Assembly: GCA_963422375.2 (NCBI GenBank)
Contig: OY729427.2
Coordinates: 576,001-640,000 of the forward strand
Length of the DNA stretch: 64,000 nt
Reading direction: 5' to 3'
Source: Bryobacterales bacterium
GTDB lineage: Bacteria > Acidobacteriota > Terriglobia > Bryobacterales > UBA6623
A program made the position numbers and the translations under genes. This document shows, piece after piece, positions 9,826 through 18,909 of this stretch (the first letter of the stretch is position 1; the number at the start of each line of letters is the position of its first letter). A model generated the notes under the pieces. That model worked only from the letters and a program-made list of their open reading frames with translations. It ran no database searches and was not told the DNA's origin.

Positions 9826-10488
9826 GTGACCGGCCCTCTCGCCCGCATCCCCGCCCTCCTCTTTCTCGCGTTCCTCGCGGCGGCGCTCGCCGCGGCCCAG
9901 CACGAGCCGGCCGGCCGGCTGGATCCCGACCGCGACGTGCACTGGAATGCCATCGCGATGACCACCGTCGCCAGCGTGTACGGCGGCGATGCCCTGAGAA
10001 CCAAGGCTGTCGTCCATGCCAGATGCGCGCAAGCGAACGGGACCCGCCTCGAAGGATTGGCCAGCCTGTCCGTCGGCCTCTCCGTCGGCCAGGGGCCTAC
10101 CCCCGACGAAACGGCGGACTTCGCGTACGAGAACTCCGCGGCCATGAGCAAGGTGCTGCGCTTGACGGGCCAGCGGCGCCCCGTCGACGTCACGGTGGTG
10201 GAGCTCGCCTTCTGGAAGCGGGCCGGGGACGACGACTCGCGCGAGACGCAGGCTTTCGACGCCCGGCGAGGCGCCTCCCCGCGCCAGGCCTTGGTCCGAG
10301 AAATGGACGCGGCGAGGGTGCTCGCCAGGATCCGCTCCTCGGAGGCCTTCAGCTTCCACATCCAGTGGCGCTCGGACGCCGCGGATCTCGTCTCCCCGGC
10401 CATCCCGGTGACCGCCGAGGCGCGCGAGTACCTCGGTCTCCTGGCGCACGCCTGCATGCTGGACCTCAGGCACGCAGCGTCCCCCTGA
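9826..10488 (+). CDS. Hypothetical secreted protein
   Basis: 220-aa ORF with signal peptide (RIPALLFLAFLAAALAAA-Q) and GC3-rich codons; two Cys; no family recognised. Confidence 0.65.
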   Translation: MTGPLARIPALLFLAFLAAALAAAQHEPAGRLDPDRDVHWNAIAMTTVASVYGGDALRTKAVVHARCAQANGTRLEGLASLSVGLSVGQGPTPDETADFAYENSAAMSKVLRLTGQRRPVDVTVVELAFWKRAGDDDSRETQAFDARRGASPRQALVREMDAARVLARIRSSEAFSFHIQWRSDAADLVSPAIPVTAEAREYLGLLAHACMLDLRHAASP

Positions 10489-10990
10489 GCCCCGACGCCC
10501 GCGCCATGTCCGTTCTCACCGCGCCCTTCGCGAGCTCGGCCGCGTCGGACGCCAGCAGCGGCCGCAGGCGCCGGATCGCCGCCTCCACGCCGGGGCCGTC
10601 CGTGGACTCGACGCGGATGTTGAGCGTGACCGCGGGCGCCTCGCTCCCGCCGGCGAGCGGCCGCAGGCGGTGGTTCGGCATGATGGAACCGGCCGCCGCC
10701 GGCCGGAACAGCTCCACGCCGCTCTCGCCGACGCAGTAGATCCGCCCGGCCTCGACGGGGCCGCCGCCGGCCTTGCCGGGCGCCGCCCCGCCGCCGAACA
10801 GCCCCGACAGGGCCCCGGAGAGCGCGCTCGTCGCCTTGTCGATGACCAGCTTCCGGAGAGCCATTTTCAGCAGCGTCCGGCCGATCTCCTCGAAGTGGTC
10901 CTTCAGCTTGCCACCCTGCTCGACGGCCCGGGCCAGCCCGTCGGAGAGCGCCAGCAGATCCCTCTGGATCGCCTGGCGGCGGCGGAAGTG
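10466..10990 (-). pseudogene. C-terminal fragment of a phage tail tape measure protein
   Basis: LSGLFGGG...KAGGGPVEAGRIYCVGESGVELFRPAAAGSIMPNHRL, typical of lambda-like TMP C-termini; the long N-terminal part is missing. Confidence 0.75.
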
Positions 10991-11303
10991 CTCGCATGCC
11001 CGACTCGGAGCTTGCAGAATCCAGCGGGCAAGATGATCAACCGCGACCGGGCGGTGCCCGGCGACGATGCCTGGGAATTGGCTTCGATTCCGCACGCAAG
11101 AGGGGATCGGCACGGCAAGCTTCGCGACCCGTTGGCGAAGCAGCTGAAGTCCATGACGCTCCAGATTCACTTCCCCGTCCGGACCGCGTCATTCGCGACC
11201 CGCACTTGACACCAGCAGCGCTCACAATGTAGCGTTGCTCGGAAGGGGGTCGGGTGCCGTTGCCGTTGGGCCGACCCCGAACGGCATAGGAGGTACTCCA
11301 TTC

Positions 11304-14300
11304 ATGCGCATTCGCCTCTTCCTGGCACTTGTCGCAATCGTGTCGCTGCCGCTGGCGGCCCAACAGTCCGGGCTGACCGGCGCCGTGACGGACACAACCG
11401 GCGCGGTGGTCGTAGGCGCCGACGTCACCTTGGTCAATTCGGATACCGGGGTCTTGCTCTCGGCGCAGACGAACGAGTCCGGGGCCTTCAATTTCACCCT
11501 AGTGCAGCCCGGCACGTACGAGCTGAGCTGCGAATCGGTGGGCTTCAAGACCTACCGTCTGTCGGGTCTCGTGATGGAAACGGGCCTTACCAAGACTGTG
11601 ACTGCGCAGCTCGAGATCGGGGAAATCACCGAGACGATCGAGGTGACCGGCTCGGCCCCGCTGCTCGAGACAGAGAACACCACGGTGGGGCAGTTCATCG
11701 AGCGCACCACGGTCGCGCAAATGCCGGTCGGCAGCAGGCAGGCAGGCCAGCTAATCAAGCTGGCCGGAAATGTCACCTTCGCCACGTCCGGCGGCGGACT
11801 CTACGACCTCCCATTCTTCTCGATGGCCGGCGGCCGCTCGCGCAACCAAATGTGGCACCTCGACGGCGGCGTCGTTCAGAACATGGCCCTCGGAATCGCC
11901 CAGCTCAACCTCAACCCGCCGGTGGAGTCGCTGCGCGAGTTCAAGGTGGAGTCGAACAACTACGCAGCGGAGTTCGGACGGACGGGTAACGGCCTAATCA
12001 TCATGAGCACCCGCTCGGGGACCAACGACATGCACGGGGCCCTCTATCACAACTTCCGCAACGACAAGCTAGACGCCCGCACGTTCTTCGCCCCCAGCAT
12101 CGCGCCGCTCCGCTACAACATCTTCGGCGGGTCGGCGGGCGGCCCGATCAAGCGCGACCGGACCTTCTTCTTCGTCAACTACGAAGGCCAACGCCGCAGC
12201 GACGGGGTCACGATCGCGAATACCGATGTCCCCCACGCGATCGAGGCCCGCGGCGACTTCTCCAATCGCTCCAGCTTCGCGCTCAAGGATCCTCTCACGG
12301 GCGAGGCATTCGAGAACAACGTCATCCCTCCAAGCCGCATCGATCCCCTCGGCAGAGCCTTCGTCGGCCTGTACCCCGAGCCGAACGCCGCCAGCCCGCT
12401 GTCCTCCGCCCCACGCGACAACTTCGTCAAGAACGTCGCCAACCGCGGCGTGTCCGACTTCACCACCGTCAAGGTCGATCACAACTTCGGCCCGAGCGAC
12501 CGGATCTCCAGTCGCTTCAGCTACGTGTCCGCACCCGCCCAGCCCGAGCCGGTCTACCCGAACAAGTTCGCGGACTTCCGCGCCTCGGATCAGACCCGCT
12601 CGAATCTGGTGTCCACGTCGACCTGGAATCACAACTTCACGACCACGATGGTCAACGAGTTCCGCTACACCTTCGGCAACCGCACTTTCACCACCCGCGG
12701 ACTGGGAACCAACAGCGGCAAGAACGGCGAGCTCGGCGTGCCGAATGTCGACCCAGAGTTCTTCGCCACGGTGAATGTCACGGGCTACACGCGCTTGGGC
12801 GCGGGCAACCAAGAGCGCATTCAGAAGCCGATCCGGACCCACCAAGTCGTCAACAACACCTCATGGTTCAAGGGCGACCACAGCGTCAAGTGGGGCATCG
12901 AGTACCGCTACTCGCGCAACCAAGACGATTTCAACCAGTTCGCCGGCGGCAGCTTCAGCTTCAACAACCGCGTGACCGGTGACGGCATTGCGCAGCTTCT
13001 TCTCGGCTGGACTACGCGCGGACAGCTCGTCGACACGGACATCCTCAATACTCGCAGCGACTACTGGGGAGTGTACTTGCAGGACAGCTGGAAGTTGACG
13101 GACAGATTGACTCTCAACTTCGGCCTGCGCTGGGACCTGGACACGCCTCGCTGGGAACTCAGCAACAACCAGAGCGGGTTTGACCCGGGCCAAATCAACC
13201 CGGTATGCGATTGCTCGGGCGTGATGCTCTTTTCGGGCCGCAACGGCCGCGACAAGTACGCGCACGCCTTCGACGGCAATAACTTGGGACCGCGCGTCGG
13301 CCTCGCCTACAAGGCGACGGATTCGACCGTCGTCCGAGCCGGCTTCGGCGTGAACTACAACGGAGCGTACGCCCGCGCCGTCCCGTTCACGCAGTTCTGG
13401 ACGTTTTCCCGCACTCTGGACATCAACTCACCCGACGGCGGGTTCACGCCGGCCTTCATGCTCAGCGACGGCCTTCCCGCCGTCGATCCGTTCACCGAGG
13501 AGGACAGGGTCGGCACGTTCGGGGCTACGATGAGCGGGCGCCGCACCGTCTCGCCGGATTTCATCCAGCAGAACCAGCAGAACGGCTACTCGCAGCAGTG
13601 GAACCTGACACTGCAGAAGCAACTGCCCAATAGCGTGTTGCTCGAGGCGCAGTACCAAGCAAACGTCGGTCACAGCCTCGGAGGCCCGAACTACAACTAC
13701 AACATGATCCCTCTCGTCGTCGGCCGGGGGCCCGAGCGGCAGAGCCAGAACCTGCGTCTCTTCCCGCACTACAACAGCGTCGTCATCGAGAGCCCGGACT
13801 GGGGCAATTCGACCTACCATTCGCTCAACCTGAAAGCCGAGAAGCGCTTCTCCAGTGGTCTCAGCTACCTCTTCAACTACACGTGGTCCAAGTTCATCGA
13901 CGACGTAGAGTCGGCCAACGAGCTCGGCGGCGAGCAGAACAACGGCTACACGCACTACCAGCTGCGCCATCTGGACAAGGCCCTGTCGGGCAACGACATC
14001 CGGCACCGGCTCGTAGCGAGCGGGGTCTACGAGCTGCCCGTCGGCCGCAACAAGCCGCTTGCGATCGAAAATGCCGCGCTGGACGCGCTGATCGGAGGCT
14101 GGAGCCTCGGGGTAATCGCCGAGTTCCGCAGCGGCTCGCCCTTCGGAATCATTGAGCAGACCAACCGGAGCAACACGTTCAGCCACGGGCAGCGCCCGAA
14201 CGTGCTCGGCGACCCGGTCCTCGCCGGCGGCCGATCGAAGTCTGATCGATTGGTGCGGTGGTTCGACACGTCGAAATTCGAGGCTCCCGGAGCCGGCGCA

Positions 14301-14546
14301 TTCGGCAACTCGCCGCGCAACATCTGCTGCGGGCCGGGCTTCGCAGTCGTCGACGTCTCGATCCAGAAGCGGTTCCGGCTGTCGGAAAAGGGGCGACTGG
14401 AGTTCCGCGCGGACTTCTTCAACTTCACGAATCACGCCAATTTCGGAATCCCGGAACGCCGTCGCGGCAATTCCGGTTTCGGCAGGATTCGAGGCACCAT
14501 CGGCACGGGACGGCAGGCGCAGCTCGGTCTCCGCATCGAGTTCTAG
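11304..14546 (+). CDS. TonB-dependent receptor (Oar-like, carboxypeptidase-regulatory N-domain)
   Basis: AGGAGGT RBS upstream, signal peptide, GAVTDTTGAVVVGADVT, EFKVESNNYAAEFGR, STRSGTN, C-terminal QLGLRIEF. Confidence 0.92.
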   Translation: MRIRLFLALVAIVSLPLAAQQSGLTGAVTDTTGAVVVGADVTLVNSDTGVLLSAQTNESGAFNFTLVQPGTYELSCESVGFKTYRLSGLVMETGLTKTVTAQLEIGEITETIEVTGSAPLLETENTTVGQFIERTTVAQMPVGSRQAGQLIKLAGNVTFATSGGGLYDLPFFSMAGGRSRNQMWHLDGGVVQNMALGIAQLNLNPPVESLREFKVESNNYAAEFGRTGNGLIIMSTRSGTNDMHGALYHNFRNDKLDARTFFAPSIAPLRYNIFGGSAGGPIKRDRTFFFVNYEGQRRSDGVTIANTDVPHAIEARGDFSNRSSFALKDPLTGEAFENNVIPPSRIDPLGRAFVGLYPEPNAASPLSSAPRDNFVKNVANRGVSDFTTVKVDHNFGPSDRISSRFSYVSAPAQPEPVYPNKFADFRASDQTRSNLVSTSTWNHNFTTTMVNEFRYTFGNRTFTTRGLGTNSGKNGELGVPNVDPEFFATVNVTGYTRLGAGNQERIQKPIRTHQVVNNTSWFKGDHSVKWGIEYRYSRNQDDFNQFAGGSFSFNNRVTGDGIAQLLLGWTTRGQLVDTDILNTRSDYWGVYLQDSWKLTDRLTLNFGLRWDLDTPRWELSNNQSGFDPGQINPVCDCSGVMLFSGRNGRDKYAHAFDGNNLGPRVGLAYKATDSTVVRAGFGVNYNGAYARAVPFTQFWTFSRTLDINSPDGGFTPAFMLSDGLPAVDPFTEEDRVGTFGATMSGRRTVSPDFIQQNQQNGYSQQWNLTLQKQLPNSVLLEAQYQANVGHSLGGPNYNYNMIPLVVGRGPERQSQNLRLFPHYNSVVIESPDWGNSTYHSLNLKAEKRFSSGLSYLFNYTWSKFIDDVESANELGGEQNNGYTHYQLRHLDKALSGNDIRHRLVASGVYELPVGRNKPLAIENAALDALIGGWSLGVIAEFRSGSPFGIIEQTNRSNTFSHGQRPNVLGDPVLAGGRSKSDRLVRWFDTSKFEAPGAGAFGNSPRNICCGPGFAVVDVSIQKRFRLSEKGRLEFRADFFNFTNHANFGIPERRRGNSGFGRIRGTIGTGRQAQLGLRIEF

Positions 14547-15947
14547 CCCACATTATTCATGAATGCGGCGCAGGCTCATGGATCCAATTTCTGGGCCCTC
14601 GATGGCCGCCAAATCTGCTTCCGAAACGCCTGCGGGGGAGGAATGCGGGGCTTGCGGGGCGTCCTCGCGAGCGGCGTGCGGAGCTCGCGCACCGCGGCGG
14701 CACCCGCCCGGGGGGGCAGACGAACTGCCCGTACAGCGGGCCCGCGCCCTCCGCGCCCGGCCGGCCCCCTTTGCGTGTCGGCCCCCAGCCGCGGGTACTT
14801 CGCCCGCAACTGCTCCAGGCGGGACGGCGGGTCCCCCGCGGCCGCCCCTTCCCCGCCGGGGTCCGTGCCCGGGGTGCCGCCGGGCGCGCGCCGGGCCTCG
14901 ACGGCCGCCCGCAACGGGGCCGCGCGCCGCTCCGGCACCGCGTTCTTCTGCAGGCACACCACGCACTCCAGGCCCTCGCGGTACTCCAGGCCCTCGCGCT
15001 CGCCATAGGCCAGCAGCTCGTCCCCTTGGAAGCCCGCGTCCAGGCGCAGGCGCAGCGTCGCCCGCGGGAAGAATTCCCGCAGCTGCGGCAGCAAGCGGTC
15101 CAGCAGCGGCAGCAAGCCCTCCGCGGCCGCGGCCTTGCCCGAGCGCAGCAGCGCCGCCACGAGATGTCGCTCGCGCTCGTCGTCGAAGCGCACCGCGCCC
15201 ACCAGCGGCAAGTAGCAAGGCGTGTCGTAGAAGCCGTTGAACGGCGCCAGCTGCCGGCCCCCGTGCGTCGGCTCGCAGGTCGGGTCGAAGTCCAGCTCGA
15301 CGATCCTGGTCTCGGGGCGCCGCTCGTGCTGGCGCCGGACGACGCAGCGGGCGAGGACCGCGGACAGCGCGCTCGGCGCGTCCGCGGTGACGGCGTTCTC
15401 GAAGCGCGACAAGGTGGGCCGGGACGGCAGGTCGCGGCCTTGCAAGGGCTCGCGCCCGAGCGGTAGCTTGAACACGGGGTCGCCGCCGAGGCGCCCGGCG
15501 TCGTTGCAGTCCTCGTAGCCGCAGGCGAGGCCATAGATGCGCTGGCGGAGCATGTCGGCGAGGGAGTGGAGCACCTTGGAGGGCTGGCGCCGGTCGCGCA
15601 GGCAGTCGGCGAACGCCGCGGTGAGGCCGAGAGCGCGATCGGCGGCCTCGACCGGGACAGCGCCGCCGTCGGAGCTGCTGCGCTCGTGATCGAAGCGGAC
15701 GGCGACGGGACAGATTGCGGAATAGAACGCATTGCGAGCCAGCATCTGCGATCATGTATTCAATATAAACTACCGACTTAAAACAGTTTCGGTTTATAAA
15801 ATTGGATCTCATCCGGACCGGACCGGGGTTGCCGCCGGGGATCGCAGGGCACTCCTAGGAGTGAGGATCGCGCTGGACCGGGGGCCCCCACCGCCCGGGC
15901 GGAGGGACCGGACTATGGCCCTCCGGGCTACTCATGAATTATCCGGG
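14547..15947 (-). mobile_element. IS1380-family insertion sequence (degenerate), 1401 bp
   Basis: Imperfect terminal inverted repeats CCCACATTATTCATGA / CCCGGATAATTCATGA; CTAG target duplication at 14543-14546 and 15948-15951. Confidence 0.85.
14576..15745 (-). pseudogene. IS1380 transposase (DDE_Tnp_1_4), C-terminally degraded
   Basis: SSDGG, DRRQPSKVLHSLADMLRQRIYGLACGYEDCND, SRPTLSRFEN, LDFDPT, FNGFYD, LRLDAGF; 3' part scrambled. Confidence 0.85.
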
Positions 15948-15971
15948 CTAGCGCAGCGCACGGGCCGACAC

Positions 15972-15999
15972 GCGACCGGGACCTCGCCGGCCCGGTCGC
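15972..15999. terminator. GC-rich hairpin between convergent genes
   Basis: GCGACCGGG-N10-CCCGGTCGC; no U-tract. Confidence 0.35.
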
Positions 16000-16056
16000 C
16001 CGCCTGCCTTCCGTCGCGAAGCGGGTCTGCGCAAGCTGCGGCCTGCCGCGGCGCGG

Positions 16057-16824
16057 CTAGCCCAGCAGGGCGCGAACCATGGCCGCGTTGCGCTTGCTCA
16101 CTGCGCACTGCACACCGTTGTCGAGGGTCAGCATCCAGCGCCGGCTGCTTAGAGCGCTGATCCGGCGGATCTTGTCGCTGTTCACGAGCAGGCCGCGATG
16201 CACCCGCAGGAACGCGGTATTCGCCAAGCGGCTCTCCAGCGCGGACAGCGTCAGGGTCGCCCGGTACTTTCTGCCCTTGGTCTGAATCCAAACGATCTCG
16301 CCAGCGGCTTGGAACGCGTACACCTGGTCCAAGTCGAGAAGCAGGTAGTCGCGCCCGTGGCACGCAACGATCTTCATCCTCCGCGGCGAGTGCTCCGCGG
16401 CAGCGTTGACGGTCGTAGCGACCTGCTCGGCGGTGTAGCTCGGACGCTTCGCGCCTTCCAGCGCCCGTTCGACGGAGCGCTTCAGCCGCTCGGCGCTGAA
16501 CGGCTTGAGCAGGTAGTCGACGGCCCCTACTTCGAATGCCCTGAGCGCATGCTCGCTGTACGCGGTTACGAAGACGACGGCCGGGAGTCGCCCGCGGATT
16601 CCGCGCACTACCTCGAAGCCGTCGTAGACGGGCATCTGGATGTCCAGCAGCACCAAGTCGGGATCCAGATCGGCGATCTGCCTCTGCGCGTCCGCGCCGT
16701 TCTCGGCCTCGCCGACGATCTCGATCCCGCTCAGGTCCGCCAGGTCGCGACGCAGGACCTCCCGCGCGGCTGCCTCGTCGTCCACGATCAAGGTGCGCAG
16801 CCGGTCCGCCCCACCGAGGTTCAT
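16057..16824 (-). CDS. LytR/AlgR-family response regulator (REC + LytTR)
   Basis: LIVDDE, LLDIQMP, FVTAYSEHALRAFEVGAVDYLLKPF, FLRVHRGLLVN, VSKR. Confidence 0.93.
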   Translation of the reverse strand: MNLGGADRLRTLIVDDEAAAREVLRRDLADLSGIEIVGEAENGADAQRQIADLDPDLVLLDIQMPVYDGFEVVRGIRGRLPAVVFVTAYSEHALRAFEVGAVDYLLKPFSAERLKRSVERALEGAKRPSYTAEQVATTVNAAAEHSPRRMKIVACHGRDYLLLDLDQVYAFQAAGEIVWIQTKGRKYRATLTLSALESRLANTAFLRVHRGLLVNSDKIRRISALSSRRWMLTLDNGVQCAVSKRNAAMVRALLG

Positions 16825-17017
16825 CCCTACCGCTTTGTATCACGCTACCGTCGCAGCCGGGATGCCTCTGACTGCAGGCGGGACGGTCCAGCCTGTCCGA
16901 GGGCCCCTCCGGGCGATGCGCGGGGCATCGAGCCAGCCGTCGGGGGTCTGCTTGCCCAGGCAGCTCTGAATTCCCTTGCCGGGTGCTGTAAGTTGACCCA
17001 AGGGCCGGCAGCTCGCT

Positions 17018-18841
17018 GTGGAATTCGTCGTCCATTTCCCGATCCTCCTCAACGTCCTCGGCCACTCAGCGGGCATCACGGCGTTCGGGGCTTTCCTGGC
17101 GCTGCTGTTCCGCAGCCCGCGCCGAGGCATGCGTGCTCCGGCCGTCGCGGCCGGCCTGGCCCTGTGCTGGAACCTCGGCTCGCTAGTCGTCCTATTGGCG
17201 GAACAGGGGAGCGCCCTCCAAGGGACCGTCGCGGCGGCCAGCCTCGCCGTGCTGAGCATCCTGCCGTGCACCCTGCTGCACCTGGCGCTGCAAGGCGAGC
17301 ACCGGTGGCTGGCCCGGGCCGGCTACTGCATTGGATCGTGCGCCGCAGCCATCCACCTCTCAAGCGCCGCCGACCTGCAGGTCGCTTCCCAAGCCGTCGG
17401 CATTTCGCTGATAATGTACGGATTCAGCGCGGTCGCTATAGTCGGCGCGGCTCTGCTGCTGGCCCGCCGGAACACCCTGCGCAGCGGGCCGGGGATGCGC
17501 TTCCTCGCCGCGATGGCTCTCTTCCTGCTGGCGGCGTCGTTCGTCCATTTCGGCAGGTTCCACGAATCGGGAGCGTGGCTTCACGAGCTGGCCCTTCACC
17601 ACGCCGGCATCCCTCTGGCGCTCTTCGTGCTGCTGCAGGACTACCGCTTCCTCCTACTTGACGTGTTCGTTCGTCTCGCGGGGGCGGGCCTGCTGGCCGC
17701 GTCATTCGCAGGCTCGCTCCTGTGGCTCGCTGACTCCCTCGGGCTGGCGCGGACCGAGGAGTCGACGGCGCTCGGCGTGGCCGTCTTCGTGGTGGGTTCC
17801 GGCGCGATCATCGTGTCCTACCCCGCGCTCCTGCAACGGCTGGGCGTCTGGGTGGAGAACGCGCTCTTCCGCAGGAAGAATGCGCACGAGGCGGCACGAG
17901 CCATCCGCGCCCTCGCAGCCGAGAGCGAGGCCGCGTATCTAGAGCAGGCCTCGCGGACGGTGGCGGACTTCGTTTCCGCGAAGCGCTGGGAGCTGCTCGA
18001 GGCGACGCGCGGACCGCGCGTCGCCCGCTCCGAGGCCGCCCCGGCTCCGATCTTCGAGTCCCTCGCCCCGGCGGACAATGCCTGGGCGGAGGCGGCAGTG
18101 CCGTTGCGGGACGGCACCGGGGCCGACCGCCCCCTCCTGCTGGGACCCCGCGCGGGGGGACGGCGCTACCTGAGCCTTGATCTCGCGGACTTGGACCTGC
18201 TGGCGGCGGAAGTCGCGAGCCGGGTGGAGCGGATGCGCCGCGACGAGCAGGAGAATCTGTTGCGGGACGCCGAGATGGCGACGCTGCGCGCGCAGATCAA
18301 CCCGCACTTTCTATTCAACGCGCTGAACGCGCTGAACGCGATCATCCCTGCCAGCGCGCCGGATGCCCGCCGGACGGTGCTGAACCTAGCGGAAGTGTTC
18401 CGATACTCCCTTGCGGCCAAGCGCCAGCTGGTCCCGCTGGAGGAAGAGCTGGGAATCGTCGAGGCCTACCTGCAAATCGAGAGGCTCCGCCTCGGCAGGC
18501 GGCTGGCTACCAAGATCGATCTGGACGAGCGGGTCCGCTGCAGCTCGGTGCCCGCGCTCTCGATCCAGCCCTTGGTCGAGAACGCAGTCAAGCACGGAAT
18601 CAGCCGCAGGGCCGAAGGCGGGGAAGTCCGGGTGCTGGCGCGCGAGGAAGGAGGGGCGCTGCGCGTCGAAGTGATCGACGACGGCCCCGGATTCGATCCC
18701 GCAGCCCTGCCCGAGCGCGGGCACGGGCTGCGCAGCGTAGAGCGACGCCTGCAGCTGTGTTTCGCGGGGAAGGCGGAATTCGTCCTCGAATCCCGGCCGA
18801 CGGGATCCAAGGTGGGATTCCTCGTCGGCGGAGGCGCGTAG
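17018..18841 (+). CDS. LytS/YehU-type membrane sensor histidine kinase
   Basis: Multiple TM segments; LRAQINPHFLFNALN, IQPLVENAVKHG, DDGPG, GHGL. Confidence 0.92.
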   Translation: MEFVVHFPILLNVLGHSAGITAFGAFLALLFRSPRRGMRAPAVAAGLALCWNLGSLVVLLAEQGSALQGTVAAASLAVLSILPCTLLHLALQGEHRWLARAGYCIGSCAAAIHLSSAADLQVASQAVGISLIMYGFSAVAIVGAALLLARRNTLRSGPGMRFLAAMALFLLAASFVHFGRFHESGAWLHELALHHAGIPLALFVLLQDYRFLLLDVFVRLAGAGLLAASFAGSLLWLADSLGLARTEESTALGVAVFVVGSGAIIVSYPALLQRLGVWVENALFRRKNAHEAARAIRALAAESEAAYLEQASRTVADFVSAKRWELLEATRGPRVARSEAAPAPIFESLAPADNAWAEAAVPLRDGTGADRPLLLGPRAGGRRYLSLDLADLDLLAAEVASRVERMRRDEQENLLRDAEMATLRAQINPHFLFNALNALNAIIPASAPDARRTVLNLAEVFRYSLAAKRQLVPLEEELGIVEAYLQIERLRLGRRLATKIDLDERVRCSSVPALSIQPLVENAVKHGISRRAEGGEVRVLAREEGGALRVEVIDDGPGFDPAALPERGHGLRSVERRLQLCFAGKAEFVLESRPTGSKVGFLVGGGA

Positions 18842-18909
18842 CGTATCCGATGGACTCGCGGCCCGGCGGGCGGCGAGGGGTAGGCTCCGCCGACACTGGG
18901 CGCGAGGCT

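Noticed and set aside
8942..10990. Functional prophage, gene transfer agent or tailocin
   Set aside because: About 2 kb with truncated ends; no tube, sheath, capsid, lysis or integrase genes
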